A stretch of 64,000 bases of DNA. It comes from Actinomycetota bacterium (lineage in GTDB: Bacteria > Actinomycetota > UBA4738 > HRBIN12). The notes beneath the pieces are model-generated. The model searched no databases. It saw only the letters and a program-made list of their open reading frames with translations, and was not told the DNA's origin. Location: positions 11,553-75,552 of the forward strand of contig DASXTX010000006.1 in NCBI GenBank assembly GCA_036505195.1. Direction: 5' to 3'. Each line of letters starts with the position of its first letter. Within the stretch, counting starts at the first letter, position 1. Position numbers and translations under genes: made by a program. Shown in pieces: positions 46,300 through 55,861 of this stretch.

Positions 46300-49200
46300 C
46301 TACGTCAGGTGAGCCGTCTCGAGTGGCCGGAGCAGCGACGCCCGGGCGACGGCGGGGGTGTTGAGGGCATCCAGCACCTCTTTGGCCTTGCTCATCAAGC
46401 GCGGCGCTCGCCGTCGGTTCCCCGCTTGGCGTTCTGCGTGCGCTTGCATCGCGAGCGCACGAGCGAGCCATGCGGTAACGCCGAGCTCCCGCCACCGTTC
46501 GACGGCCTCGTGGAACGCAACGGCGGCTGCGTCGGCTCGCCCGGATCGAAGTTCGAGCAGCCCGCGGTTCTCCGCGTCGATCGCGGCGGGTTCGCCGGTC
46601 GCGGCCACGGATCTCGATGCGGCTCGGGGCTCGCGGCCGGACATGATCATCCCCTGGTCGCGCGCCGCTCTGGCGAGCAGGAGCGTCCCGGTCGCGCCGG
46701 CAGAGCGCGCCGCCCCGACGGCGCTGTCCAGATCGGCGAGAGCTCGCGACGGCTCACCTGCTTCGAGACGGGCGCGACCTGTCAGGAGCGGGGCGAGGGG
46801 CTCCCAGAGTCGCCATCCATTGGCCACGACACCGGAACGGAGTTCGTCCGCCGCCCGTTCGACCTCCCTCAACGAACCGCGATCCAGATGGATCTGGGCC
46901 GTTACCAAGTGGGCATCGAGGATGTCGAGTCGTGTAGGCGGTTGTAGCAACTTCACCGCCGAGCGCAGCCTACGGGTGGCTACCGCCGGGCGGCCCGATC
47001 GCGCTGCCGAGCGTGCGCCGGCAAGCATCCCGAGCGCGACGACGCGGTCCGCCTCCATCTCGTGCCCCATCATGATCGCGGCCTCGGCGAGCTGTTGGGC
47101 TCGTTCTTGTGGTCCGATGTGCGCGGTTGCCATCGCTTCGATCACGAGCGTGTCGGCCTCCGCGTACCGGTCGCCCGCTTCGACGGCGATGGGGCGGGCC
47201 TGTTGCATCAAACGGATCGCCTCGACGTGACGCCCCCGATAGTGCTCGAAGTACCCGCTCGTTCGCAGGAGGCCGCTCCGCGAACGGAGGTCGCCCTCCT
47301 TGGTCGCGAGTCGACGGCTCTCCCCGAACCACCGCCGGTACTCCCGCCCACCGACGACCGTCAGGAGGAAGGCGAGGTCCTGAGCGACGAGCGATCGGCC
47401 AACGGTCTGTCCTGCTGTGGTCAGCAGTTCGTACGCGAGCCGCAACTCCTCGAGCTCCTGCCGGTAGTCCTCGTCCGCCCACGTGTCGGATATCCAGAGA
47501 TGGGCCCACCCTTGCCCCCCAACATCGCCGCATTCCTGGAAGAGTGCCAACGCGCGTTGCAGCAAGGGTCGCGACCGTTCGGAAAGTCCTTGTGCCATGA
47601 GTGCCCTCGCTTGAAGGGCCCGGTCACCCGATCTGCGAGCAAGCTCGTGGGCACTGATCGCATGTTCGATCGCCCCGCGGCGACGGCCCATCTCCTCGAG
47701 CGCCTCGGATCTTCCGACGAGGAGCCTGGCACGTTCCGCATCCTCGACGCCCGACCCGGCCGCGTCGGCCACGCGCAGGGCTCGCGCGTACAGGGCCTCG
47801 GTCGCGCGGGCCTGGTACGCGAACGACTCCTCCGCATGGCGTCGGAGGGCCCGCACCGTGAGCGACGAGACGTCGGCGGGCGGTGGAGGTCCCGTCCGCG
47901 TTCGCAACAACAACCAGGCCGATTCGTAGTGGTGAGCAACCATCGCCGGATCCTCGTGGGGCGCATCCTCGCTGAGCCAGCGCGCGATCTCCAGGTGCTT
48001 GCGAGCACGTTCTGCCTTCGGAAGGGATTCGTAGGCGACCTCACGGATCAGGACGTGTTTGAACCCGTACTCGGAGCTTCCAGGGAGCCCGCTGCGCCGG
48101 CGCCGCCGGAGCAGGTCGCGTGCTTCCAAGGAACGGAGCAAGGGTCTGGACTTGGCGCCCTCGAGGAGGTCGTCGAGGAGCACTTCCCAGACCGCGTCAC
48201 CCACGACGGCCGCATCCTGCACCAGCCGCTTCTCGGCCGTGGGCAGCCCGTCGAGGCGTGCCGCGATGAGCCGCCGGATCGTCGATGGCACACGTTCGAC
48301 CTCGTGCGGCCGCCTGACCGCCCATCGCCCCCCTTCGAGCGCGATCGCTCCCGACTCCACGAGCATGCCGACGCTCTCCTCGAGGAACAAGGGGTTCCCT
48401 CCCGACCGCACCACCAGGTTGCGAAGCAGGTCGGGGCGGAGATCCGATCCGAGGACCTCCCGCGCGAGCACGCTCGAATGTCCCTCGTCAAGAGCACTCA
48501 ACTCGATGGCGGGAAGCGTTCGGCCGAACCCCTCCGGACGTGAGAGTCCGAGGACGAGGATCGGCCCCCGCCACGGGGAGGAGTAGATATCCTCGATCGC
48601 GTCAAGCAGCTCCGGATCCGCCCAGTGAAGGTCGTCGATGATGAACACCACGGGTCGCTTCCGGGCGAGGTCCTCCACGACCGTGCGTACCGCTCGAAGA
48701 AGTGGTTCGATCGGGTCGGGTCGACGATTCCCCGGACGTTCGATCCCGAGGAGGATCCCGATGTTCCGAACAACTGCCGCCCTCTCTTGCGCATCGGCCA
48801 CGCGGACGGCAACCCGCTCGATCGCGGTCCTGACCTTGTCTTGATCCCTCGACCCGCTCGGAACGATGGCGCCCGACAGCGCCTCCGCGAGCGCGTCCAA
48901 CGGCCGCCTGCGCCCGAAGGGACGACACCTCCCCGACAGTACCGTGGCTATTTGGACCCGCCGCGCGAACTCCTCCGCGAGTCGGGACTTGCCAAGGCCC
49001 GGCTCGCCCGATACCACCTCGACCCGGGAGCGTCGGGTGCGGGTCGCGTTCCGAAGCTCGACCTCCAAGCGGGCGATCTCGGTGTGACGATCCACGAACG
49101 GCGCCGCCTCCTTCGGCCGACGAGCCCTGTGCACGAGCGTTTGGGCCGTGAGCGCTTCGTACGTCGGGAGGGATTGCTCCAGCCCCTTCACGCGTCTGCG

Positions 49201-49803
49201 TCGTCGCGGCCCGTAGGAGATCGCATGCGACGTGAGGTCGACTGTGTGCCGATCGACGAGGACTCGCCCTGGCATGGCGAGATCGGCCAGACGCGAGGCA
49301 ACGTTGACTGTGTCACCTACGACGCGGAAGCCTGCCTGTTCGTCGGCCGGGGCTACCATCACCTCGCCCGAGTTCACGCCCGCGTGGACGTCGGGGAACC
49401 GGACGTGCGGCCCGTCGGCGTTCAGGCGATGGACGTGATCGCGGAGCGCGATCGCCGCACGCACCGCTCGCTCGGCATCGTCCTCGTGGGCGACCGGCAC
49501 GCCGAACACGGCCATGAATCCATCCCCCATGACCTGGGGGACGGTTCCACCGAACTCCTCGACGATCTCCTGAAGCTCTCGCATCGTCGGGCGGAGGAAG
49601 GTGTAGACCTCCTCAGGGTCCAGCGACGCTGCCAGGCGCGTGTATCCCGTCAGGTCGGCAAAGAGGATGCTGACGTGCTTGCGCTCGCCCCGGGGAGCGA
49701 CCAGGGGAGTCCCATCCGCCCGCCTCCCATCGGAGGTCTTTCCGCCCGCCAGATCGGGTCTACTCCGGTATGAAGGCGAACGAGCTGTCGGTCGACGAGA
49801 CAC
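46300..49803 (-). CDS. class III adenylate/guanylate cyclase - STAND (AAA_16-like) ATPase - TPR repeat protein
   Basis: Cyclase motifs ILFADLTGYT, MGDGFMAVFG, GDTVNVASRL. Walker A GEPGLGKS and Walker B VVFIIDDLHWAD. About 650 aa of helical repeats. No LuxR-type HTH at the C-terminus. Confidence 0.85.
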   Translation of the reverse strand: MSRRPTARSPSYRSRPDLAGGKTSDGRRADGTPLVAPRGERKHVSILFADLTGYTRLAASLDPEEVYTFLRPTMRELQEIVEEFGGTVPQVMGDGFMAVFGVPVAHEDDAERAVRAAIALRDHVHRLNADGPHVRFPDVHAGVNSGEVMVAPADEQAGFRVVGDTVNVASRLADLAMPGRVLVDRHTVDLTSHAISYGPRRRRRVKGLEQSLPTYEALTAQTLVHRARRPKEAAPFVDRHTEIARLEVELRNATRTRRSRVEVVSGEPGLGKSRLAEEFARRVQIATVLSGRCRPFGRRRPLDALAEALSGAIVPSGSRDQDKVRTAIERVAVRVADAQERAAVVRNIGILLGIERPGNRRPDPIEPLLRAVRTVVEDLARKRPVVFIIDDLHWADPELLDAIEDIYSSPWRGPILVLGLSRPEGFGRTLPAIELSALDEGHSSVLAREVLGSDLRPDLLRNLVVRSGGNPLFLEESVGMLVESGAIALEGGRWAVRRPHEVERVPSTIRRLIAARLDGLPTAEKRLVQDAAVVGDAVWEVLLDDLLEGAKSRPLLRSLEARDLLRRRRRSGLPGSSEYGFKHVLIREVAYESLPKAERARKHLEIARWLSEDAPHEDPAMVAHHYESAWLLLRTRTGPPPPADVSSLTVRALRRHAEESFAYQARATEALYARALRVADAAGSGVEDAERARLLVGRSEALEEMGRRRGAIEHAISAHELARRSGDRALQARALMAQGLSERSRPLLQRALALFQECGDVGGQGWAHLWISDTWADEDYRQELEELRLAYELLTTAGQTVGRSLVAQDLAFLLTVVGGREYRRWFGESRRLATKEGDLRSRSGLLRTSGYFEHYRGRHVEAIRLMQQARPIAVEAGDRYAEADTLVIEAMATAHIGPQERAQQLAEAAIMMGHEMEADRVVALGMLAGARSAARSGRPAVATRRLRSAVKLLQPPTRLDILDAHLVTAQIHLDRGSLREVERAADELRSGVVANGWRLWEPLAPLLTGRARLEAGEPSRALADLDSAVGAARSAGATGTLLLARAARDQGMIMSGREPRAASRSVAATGEPAAIDAENRGLLELRSGRADAAAVAFHEAVERWRELGVTAWLARALAMQAHAERQAGNRRRAPRLMSKAKEVLDALNTPAVARASLLRPLETAHLT

Positions 49804-50356
49804 CCTCGATAGGCCTGATCCGCTCGAAGATAAGCTTCGTCAGATCCTCCATCGAGGCGGCGGCGAGCTCGACCAAGATGTCGAAACCCTTCCCCGAAAC
49901 GGTAGCGGCCGCGTAGTAGAAGTGGTCTCGCCAGCCGTCCTCTCCATACTCCCCGATGAGAGGATCGACGATCGGCGCGAAGGCCGCGTCGAGGTCGTCC
50001 AGGACGTCGTCCGGGTTCCTTCGCTTGGTCCTCACGCGGATCAGGGCGTGGAACGGCGGGCTTCCCCTGTGCGGAGCCCCGTAGAGGCTCGGCCTGGTCG
50101 CGAGCGACCACTCGGACCGCACGCCCGCGTCCCAGAACTCGCCTGCGATCCGAGCCTGCAGGTCCTCGAGCGAATCGGCATCGACAGCGCCGAATGCGAT
50201 GAACGAACCAACGAAGTGGTGTGCCCAGCGCACGCCCGTCTTCGATCTGAATTGATCGAGGACGTCCTCGATCTTGTTGAAGCCTTCCCTCGGAGCCCCC
50301 GGCTCGAAGAGATGCATGAACACGTACGCGTTGATCGCGGGTTCCTCGCTCGGCAT
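49760..50356 (-). CDS. hypothetical protein with internal duplication of a RAM/ACT-like (ferredoxin-fold) module
   Basis: 198 aa. Two ~90-aa halves share the pattern hydrophobic beta strand / helix / G.(F)(D/I)..... / (S)(L/M)EDL helix / GV.S. The 3' end overlaps the cyclase gene start by 44 nt. Confidence 0.6.
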   Translation of the reverse strand: MPSEEPAINAYVFMHLFEPGAPREGFNKIEDVLDQFRSKTGVRWAHHFVGSFIAFGAVDADSLEDLQARIAGEFWDAGVRSEWSLATRPSLYGAPHRGSPPFHALIRVRTKRRNPDDVLDDLDAAFAPIVDPLIGEYGEDGWRDHFYYAAATVSGKGFDILVELAAASMEDLTKLIFERIRPIEGVSSTDSSFAFIPE

Positions 50357-50456
50357 GATCCTTCGCCTCCCTCCGCAGCGATGAAGCCACTTTGATGCTC
50401 TTCCGTCTCGGGTGCAACCTCGAGGGTTCGAAACCGTCTGCTACCCTCGTTGCGCC

Positions 50457-50648
50457 ATGGCCGCCGTCTGCGACATCTGCGGGAAGAAGCCGTTCTTCGG
50501 CATGCAGGTCTCCCACTCGCACCGCCGCTCCCCCAAGCGGTGGAACCCCAACGTGCAGCGCGTCCGCGCGCTCGTGAACGGGACGCCCAGGCGCCTGCAC
50601 GTCTGTACGAGCTGCCTGAAGGCCGGCAAGGTCCAGCGCGCGGTCTAA
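50457..50648 (+). CDS. rpmB: 50S ribosomal protein L28 (Cys-containing form)
   Basis: MAAVCDICGKKPFFGMQVSHSHRRSPKRWNPNVQ...CTSC. 63 aa. Confidence 0.9.
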   Translation: MAAVCDICGKKPFFGMQVSHSHRRSPKRWNPNVQRVRALVNGTPRRLHVCTSCLKAGKVQRAV

Positions 50649-50779
50649 GCGAACCATCACCCGCCGATCGCCCCCGAAGCAGGCCCTTCGTGCCTGGCGC
50701 CCCACTTACCGGCCGGTTTCCCGTTGACCTTCGGACACGGATGACCTTGGTTTCGGGAAAGGGCAACCCCCCGTTGTTA

Positions 50780-51234
50780 TGGCAACGTCTTGATCGTCGA
50801 CGACCCCACGGTGCGAGAGAGCCTTCGGGACTGCTCGAGCGCCGAGCCCCCTCGACGGTCGGAGCGGCCAGCAACGGCACCGAGGCCGTTTTCGATGCCG
50901 AGCTCGCTCGAGTCCGACCTGATCGTGATGGATCGGATGATGCCACGGACAGACGGCATCGAGGCCCCCGACTTGATCAAGGCCCACCCTGCCGCAGACG
51001 CAGGTCATCCTGCTGTCCGCGCAGGTCTCACCGAGAACGTGCGCTTGCCCGCCTCCTGCGGCACGTCCACGTGATCCCGGTGACCCAATCGACTCCCTCC
51101 AGGACCGGGCCCGCGGGGCCGACGTCGGAGCCGACGCGTACATCACAAAAGGCGCGTTCCACGACGAGCGGCTGATCGACACGGTCCGAAGCTTCGTCGG
51201 AGGATCCGCCGGCGAGCCAGCCAAGGTCCCCTAG
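50780..51234 (+). pseudogene. frameshifted CheY-like response-regulator remnant
   Basis: Receiver-domain pieces lie in three frames: VLIVDDPTVRESLRD; then LLERR..AASNGTEAVFDAELARVRPD; then LIVMDRMMPRTDGIEA.DLIKAHPA; then QTQVILLSAQ...GADAYITKGAFHDERLIDTVRSFVG with a stop at 51232-51234. Confidence 0.6.
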
Positions 51235-52046
51235 GTCTCGATCCCCCACAGCTGGTCGACGGGCCCGATCCCGCCCCCGAGCGGAAGCGCGGCGCGGATC
51301 GCCTCGGTGACGAACGCCTTCCCCTTCCGAACCGCGTCCAGGAGCTCGTCGCCGCGAGCGAGGTAGGCGGCGATCGCCGAGGAAAGCGTGCACCCGGTGC
51401 CGTGGGTGTTTGCCGTCTCGATCCACTCCCCCGCGATCCACGCCATCCGGTCGCCGTCGAAGAACAGGTCGTCGGCGCCGGTCGCCTCCGGGAGGTGACC
51501 GCCCTTGATCAGGACCGCTTCCGGCCCCATCGCCTGGATCGTTTCGGCGGCGTCCTGCATCAGGTCGCGGTCGGTCACGTCGAACCCGGCCAGGAGGGCG
51601 GCCTCGGGCAGGTTCGGCGTGACGAGCGTCGCGAGCGGCAGGATGCGTTCGCGGAGCACGCCGACCGCGTCCTCGTCGAGGAGACGATGGCCGTGCTTGG
51701 AGACCGAGACCGGATCCACGACGAGGTTCGGGATCGCCGTCTCGGCGACGGCCTCGGCGACCGCCTCGACGATCGGCGCGGAGGCGAGCATCCCGGTCTT
51801 GGCTGCATCGACCCCGATGTCCGTGACGACCGCCCGGATCTGGTCGGCGACGACCTGCGGCGGGAGCGCTTCGTACCCGCTCACGCCTCGGGTGTTCTGG
51901 ATCGTGACGGCGGTGATCGCGGTCATCCCGAACACGCCGAGTGCGCTGAACGTCTTCAGATCGGCCTGGATCCCGGCGCCGCCGCCCGAGTCCGAGCCGG
52001 CGATCGAGAGCGCTCTGGGTCGGGGCGGTCGAACGTGATCGTCCAC
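51231..52046 (-). CDS. thiD: hydroxymethylpyrimidine/phosphomethylpyrimidine kinase
   Basis: [22 protein letters not shown] and [12 protein letters not shown] motifs. Start at GTG 52046, after the thiL stop. Confidence 0.88.
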   Translation of the reverse strand: MDDHVRPPRPRALSIAGSDSGGGAGIQADLKTFSALGVFGMTAITAVTIQNTRGVSGYEALPPQVVADQIRAVVTDIGVDAAKTGMLASAPIVEAVAEAVAETAIPNLVVDPVSVSKHGHRLLDEDAVGVLRERILPLATLVTPNLPEAALLAGFDVTDRDLMQDAAETIQAMGPEAVLIKGGHLPEATGADDLFFDGDRMAWIAGEWIETANTHGTGCTLSSAIAAYLARGDELLDAVRKGKAFVTEAIRAALPLGGGIGPVDQLWGIET

Positions 52047-52056
52047 GAGACCCAGG

Positions 52057-53064
52057 CTACCCCTGGGCGAAATGATCCCATCCCGAGGGTTCGAGTGGCG
52101 CCGTCCGGCCGTCGGCGTCCACGGCAACGACGCCGGATCCCGCCACGATCTCGCCGATCTCGGACAGCTCGACGCCGAACCCCGATCGCAGGTCCTCGCG
52201 GGCGGCGTCGACGGCATCCCCCGGAATCGTCGCGAGCAGCTCGTAGTCCTCGCCTCCGGAGAGCGCGAGCGCCGAGGCGTCGACCTCGAGCATCTCCGCG
52301 CCCATCGACAGGGTTTCGGCGACGGGGACGGCGCCGAGAACGACTCGCGCGCCGACTCCGCTCGCCTCGCACAGTCGCGACAGGTCGGTCGACAGGCCGT
52401 CGGACAGATCCATCATCGCGGTCGCGCCGACGCGCGCGAGCACCTGCGCCTCGCCGACGCGCGCGATGGGTCGCTCGAGCGCCTCGATCAGCGCGCGGCC
52501 CCACGGCTGCGACAGGGCGTCGGCCGCTCGGCCGGACGCCGCCCGCGAGAGCGCGAGGCCGCCCGCCGCCGCGCCGAGCGAGCCGGTCACCACGATCCGG
52601 TCCCCCACGCTGGCGCCGGAGCGCAGCACCGCGCGGCCCGGAGCGACCTCCCCCACCACGGCCACCGAGACGACGACGAGGTCCGCGCGGTTCGTGTCGC
52701 CGCCGACGAGCGCGAGCGCGTACTCCGCGCAGGCGTCACGCATCCCGCCGACCAGTTCCACCACCCAGGCCGCGTCGACGTCGCCCGGAGCCGCGATCGC
52801 CACGAGCGCGTACCGGGGGCTCGCCGCCATCGCCGCGACGTCCGAGACGTTCACGGTGATCGCCTTGGCGCCGAGGTCCCGCGCCGAGATCGATCCGCGC
52901 TCGAAGTGCACGCCCTCGGCGAGGAGGTCCGTCGTGAGCACGAGCTGGCCCGCGCCGGGTTCGACGACCGCGGCGTCGTCGCCCAACCCGACCACGACGC
53001 CCGGCTCGCTCCCGGAGAGCAGGCGCGCCACGGCCTTGACCAACTCGTCCTCGGACAGCTCCAT
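52057..53064 (-). CDS. thiL: thiamine-monophosphate kinase
   Basis: PurM-like (GLGDDAAVV, LLAEGVHF, GGDTN). Start at ATG 53064. Confidence 0.88.
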   Translation of the reverse strand: MELSEDELVKAVARLLSGSEPGVVVGLGDDAAVVEPGAGQLVLTTDLLAEGVHFERGSISARDLGAKAITVNVSDVAAMAASPRYALVAIAAPGDVDAAWVVELVGGMRDACAEYALALVGGDTNRADLVVVSVAVVGEVAPGRAVLRSGASVGDRIVVTGSLGAAAGGLALSRAASGRAADALSQPWGRALIEALERPIARVGEAQVLARVGATAMMDLSDGLSTDLSRLCEASGVGARVVLGAVPVAETLSMGAEMLEVDASALALSGGEDYELLATIPGDAVDAAREDLRSGFGVELSEIGEIVAGSGVVAVDADGRTAPLEPSGWDHFAQG

Positions 53065-53217
53065 GGGTCCTTCCCCGTTCGTGTCCCGTTCTCGGCCCGC
53101 TCTCGGCGCCGCCGGCGCCGGCCGTCGCTCCGCCGGCCGGGCGCCTCCCCTTGGGTAGGATAGGGCCGCTCCGAGCGTGCCAGAGCTCGCGAGCTTCCCT
53201 GACGAAGGAGCAGGCCG

Positions 53218-54741
53218 TTGAAGGTCGAGGCACGCACGGTCCACGACAACCCGTCCGCGGACGAGCTCCGCCGCTTCACCGAGGCGATGCCGCAGTGCCG
53301 GGTCACGCGGTTCGGCAACGTGAACGTCCAGACCAGGGTCACGTCGCGGAGCTCCGGCAGCACGTACGTGGTCGCGGACCGCTCGAGCGGAAAGACGATG
53401 ACCCGTGAGGCGTTCGAGGAGATCGCCCGGCTCCAGGACGACTACCTCCGCGACAAGGACGTCATCGTGATCGACGGCTTCATCGGCAACGATCCGACCT
53501 TCCGGACGCGGGCGCGCCTCACGATCGAGCAGGCGAACGCGAACATTGCCGGGATGCAGCAGAAGCTCTACTTCCCGCGCGACGATCGCGACGGGGCGGG
53601 CGAGGAGCCGGAGGTGCACGTGATCTACACGCCGAACCTCGAGGCGCCCCGTTACCCGGACGACCGCGTGATCGCCGTCGATCTCGAGCACGGCGTGACC
53701 CGCGTCCTGAACTCCGACTACTTCGGTGAGTCGAAGAAGGGCGGCCTGAGGATGTGGAACGCGAAGGTCTACGACCTCGGCGGCCTTGCCCTCCACGCCG
53801 GTTTGAAGGTCGTCCCGACCGCCGCCGGCGAGAAGGTGTTCATGATCATCGGGCTCTCGGGCACCGGGAAGACCACCACGACGTTCACGACGCAGAACGA
53901 CTCGTTGCCCGTGCAGGACGATTTCGTCGCGCTGATGCCCGGCGGCAAGCCCTACGGGACCGAGAACGGGTGCTTCGCGAAGACGTTCAGCCTCGATCCC
54001 GACTTCGAGCCCAACATCTACAACGCGGTCGTCAAGCCGACGACCTACCTCGAGAACGTGTACCAGGACGAGGACGGCAAGGTGAACTTCTTCGAGGAAC
54101 GCTACACGCAGAACGGGCGCGCGGTGTTCCGCATGGACGACCTCGCCCGGTTCCGCGACGCGATGGACGTCGGGACCGTGGACTACCTGCTGATCCTCAA
54201 CCGGAACGAGAACCTCATCCCCGCGGTCGCCAAGCTCGACCAGGAGCAGGCCGCCGCCTACTTCATGCTCGGCGAGACGACCGGCACCTCCGCAGGCGGC
54301 GCGTCCGAGGCCGGCAAGTTCCTGAGGGTCCCCGGCACGAACCCATTCTTCCCGTTGCCGCATGGGCTGCAGGGCAACCGGATCCTCGAGCTGCTCGCGA
54401 CGCACCCGATCGAGACCTACCTACTGAACACCGGGCGCGTCGGGGGCGGCGACGACGACGAACGCTCGAAGAAGGTGAAGATCCCGCACACCTCGGCGTG
54501 CGTGAAGGGCATCGCCGAGGGTTCGATCTCGTGGATGGAGGACGAGGACTTCGGCTACCAGGTGGGCGAAGTGGCGCCGGGCCTCGACGACGTCGAGCTC
54601 CTACAACCCCGCCGCCTCTACGAGCGGCAGGGGCGTCTGCAGGAGTACCGCGAGATCGTCGACCACCTCAAGGCCGAACGAGTCTCGCATCTCGAAGGGT
54701 TCGCCGAGCTCACGCCCCAGATCGTCAAGGCGATCGGGTAG
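53218..54741 (+). CDS. pckA: phosphoenolpyruvate carboxykinase (ATP)
   Basis: Kinase-1a motif IIGLSGTGKTTTTF and a full-length PEPCK-ATP-like sequence. GAAGGAG SD lies 7 nt before TTG 53218. Confidence 0.85.
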   Translation: MKVEARTVHDNPSADELRRFTEAMPQCRVTRFGNVNVQTRVTSRSSGSTYVVADRSSGKTMTREAFEEIARLQDDYLRDKDVIVIDGFIGNDPTFRTRARLTIEQANANIAGMQQKLYFPRDDRDGAGEEPEVHVIYTPNLEAPRYPDDRVIAVDLEHGVTRVLNSDYFGESKKGGLRMWNAKVYDLGGLALHAGLKVVPTAAGEKVFMIIGLSGTGKTTTTFTTQNDSLPVQDDFVALMPGGKPYGTENGCFAKTFSLDPDFEPNIYNAVVKPTTYLENVYQDEDGKVNFFEERYTQNGRAVFRMDDLARFRDAMDVGTVDYLLILNRNENLIPAVAKLDQEQAAAYFMLGETTGTSAGGASEAGKFLRVPGTNPFFPLPHGLQGNRILELLATHPIETYLLNTGRVGGGDDDERSKKVKIPHTSACVKGIAEGSISWMEDEDFGYQVGEVAPGLDDVELLQPRRLYERQGRLQEYREIVDHLKAERVSHLEGFAELTPQIVKAIG

Positions 54742-54744
54742 ACC

Positions 54745-55068
54745 TCAGGTCTCGTCCGCCGGCGAGCGCCGGCCCAGGAACCACCCGCCCAGCAGCTGCA
54801 TGGCCGCGAGGACGAGCGGCACCATCAGGTACCAACGGAACGCCTCGAGATCGTCCAGTGCCGCGCGGCCCTGGACCTGGATCGAGGCGTAGATCAGGAA
54901 GAAGCCCGCGAACGCGAACCACAGGCCGATCCGGCCCGTGAGGTACAGCGCGTACAACAGGTGGTCGACGACGTCGGTACCCTCGAACGGCCGTCGGCTC
55001 CAGTACCAGATCGCGCGCAGGCCGCCGAGCACGAACAGCCCCGCGACCACGAGTTCGAAGATCCTCAC
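54745..55068 (-). CDS. small membrane protein, unknown function
   Basis: 107 aa with 3 hydrophobic helices. GTG overlaps the stop of the upstream PRTase gene (GTGA). Confidence 0.55.
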   Translation of the reverse strand: MRIFELVVAGLFVLGGLRAIWYWSRRPFEGTDVVDHLLYALYLTGRIGLWFAFAGFFLIYASIQVQGRAALDDLEAFRWYLMVPLVLAAMQLLGGWFLGRRSPADET

Positions 55069-55703
55069 GCCCGCGTGCCCGCCGCCCGGGCGAGCGCCGA
55101 GACGACCTGCTCGTCGGTGGTCTGATCGAAGTCCCGGTACCACTCGCCCACCGCGAGGAACGGCTGCGGCGTCTCGAGCACGACCACCTCGTCTGCCTCG
55201 GCGCGGAGGCGTTCGAGCGTCTGCGGCGGCGCCACCGGCACCGCGAGCACGACTCGTTCGGCGCCCTGCGCCCGCGCCCACCGGAGCGCGGCCACGGCCG
55301 TGCTGCCGGTCGCCACGCCGTCGTCGACCACGACGGCGACACGCCCTGCCACCGGTTGGGGCGGCCGGCCGCCGCGGTAGGCGTGCTGGCGGCGTTCGAT
55401 CTCGGCCTCCTGCGTCGCGATCTCTCGTTCGAGGTAGCGCTCGCTCACGCCGAGCGCGCGCACCATCCTCGGATCCAACACCCGGATGCCGGGCGCGACC
55501 GCGCCGATCGCGAGCTCGGGGTTGCCCGGCGCCCCCACCTTGCGCGGGACGACGACGTCGAGCGGCACGCCGAGGTCGCGGGCGACCACCTCACCCACGA
55601 TCACGCCGCCCCTGGGGATCGCGAGCACGACCGCGTCGGGTCCGAGGTGCCGGAGCGCCTCCGCGAGCCGCGCACCGGCGTCCGTCCGGTCGGCGAAGAT
55701 CAC
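55065..55703 (-). CDS. type I phosphoribosyltransferase-domain protein
   Basis: PRPP-binding loop VAVVVDDGVATGSTAVAA. 212 aa. Confidence 0.8.
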   Translation of the reverse strand: MIFADRTDAGARLAEALRHLGPDAVVLAIPRGGVIVGEVVARDLGVPLDVVVPRKVGAPGNPELAIGAVAPGIRVLDPRMVRALGVSERYLEREIATQEAEIERRQHAYRGGRPPQPVAGRVAVVVDDGVATGSTAVAALRWARAQGAERVVLAVPVAPPQTLERLRAEADEVVVLETPQPFLAVGEWYRDFDQTTDEQVVSALARAAGTRA

Positions 55704-55861
55704 CGCTCCTCCTCGATCTCGCGGCGAGCCTCCTCGTCCTCGAGCTCGCGCCGCTTGTCGGGCACGATCCGTTCGGGCGGCGGCATGGGCTTTCGGATGC
55801 GCCGGTAGGCGGCGAGCGGATCGGCATCGCGTTTGGTGCGCTTCTTCTTCCCGGAGGCCAC
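55700..55861 (-). CDS. possible small basic/acidic protein (53 aa)
   Basis: Below the 60-aa cutoff of the ORF track. GTG 55861 to TGA 55700 with strongly GC3-biased codons (MASGKKKRTKRDADPLAAYRRIRKP...EEARREIEEER). The stop overlaps the PRTase start (GTGA). Confidence 0.4.
   Translation of the reverse strand: MASGKKKRTKRDADPLAAYRRIRKPMPPPERIVPDKRRELEDEEARREIEEER

Noticed and set aside
50420-50445. T-loop-like GGTTCGAAACC upstream of rpmB as a possible tRNA.
   Set aside because: The flanking bases cannot form a T stem (GAGGG versus CCGTC), and no acceptor or anticodon arms can be drawn.
50706-51224. 172-aa minus-strand ORF (and the 50041-50946 minus ORF) as real genes.
   Set aside because: They have no motifs and a Ser/Arg/Pro-rich composition. 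The plus strand carries clear but frameshifted receiver-domain blocks that better explain the region.
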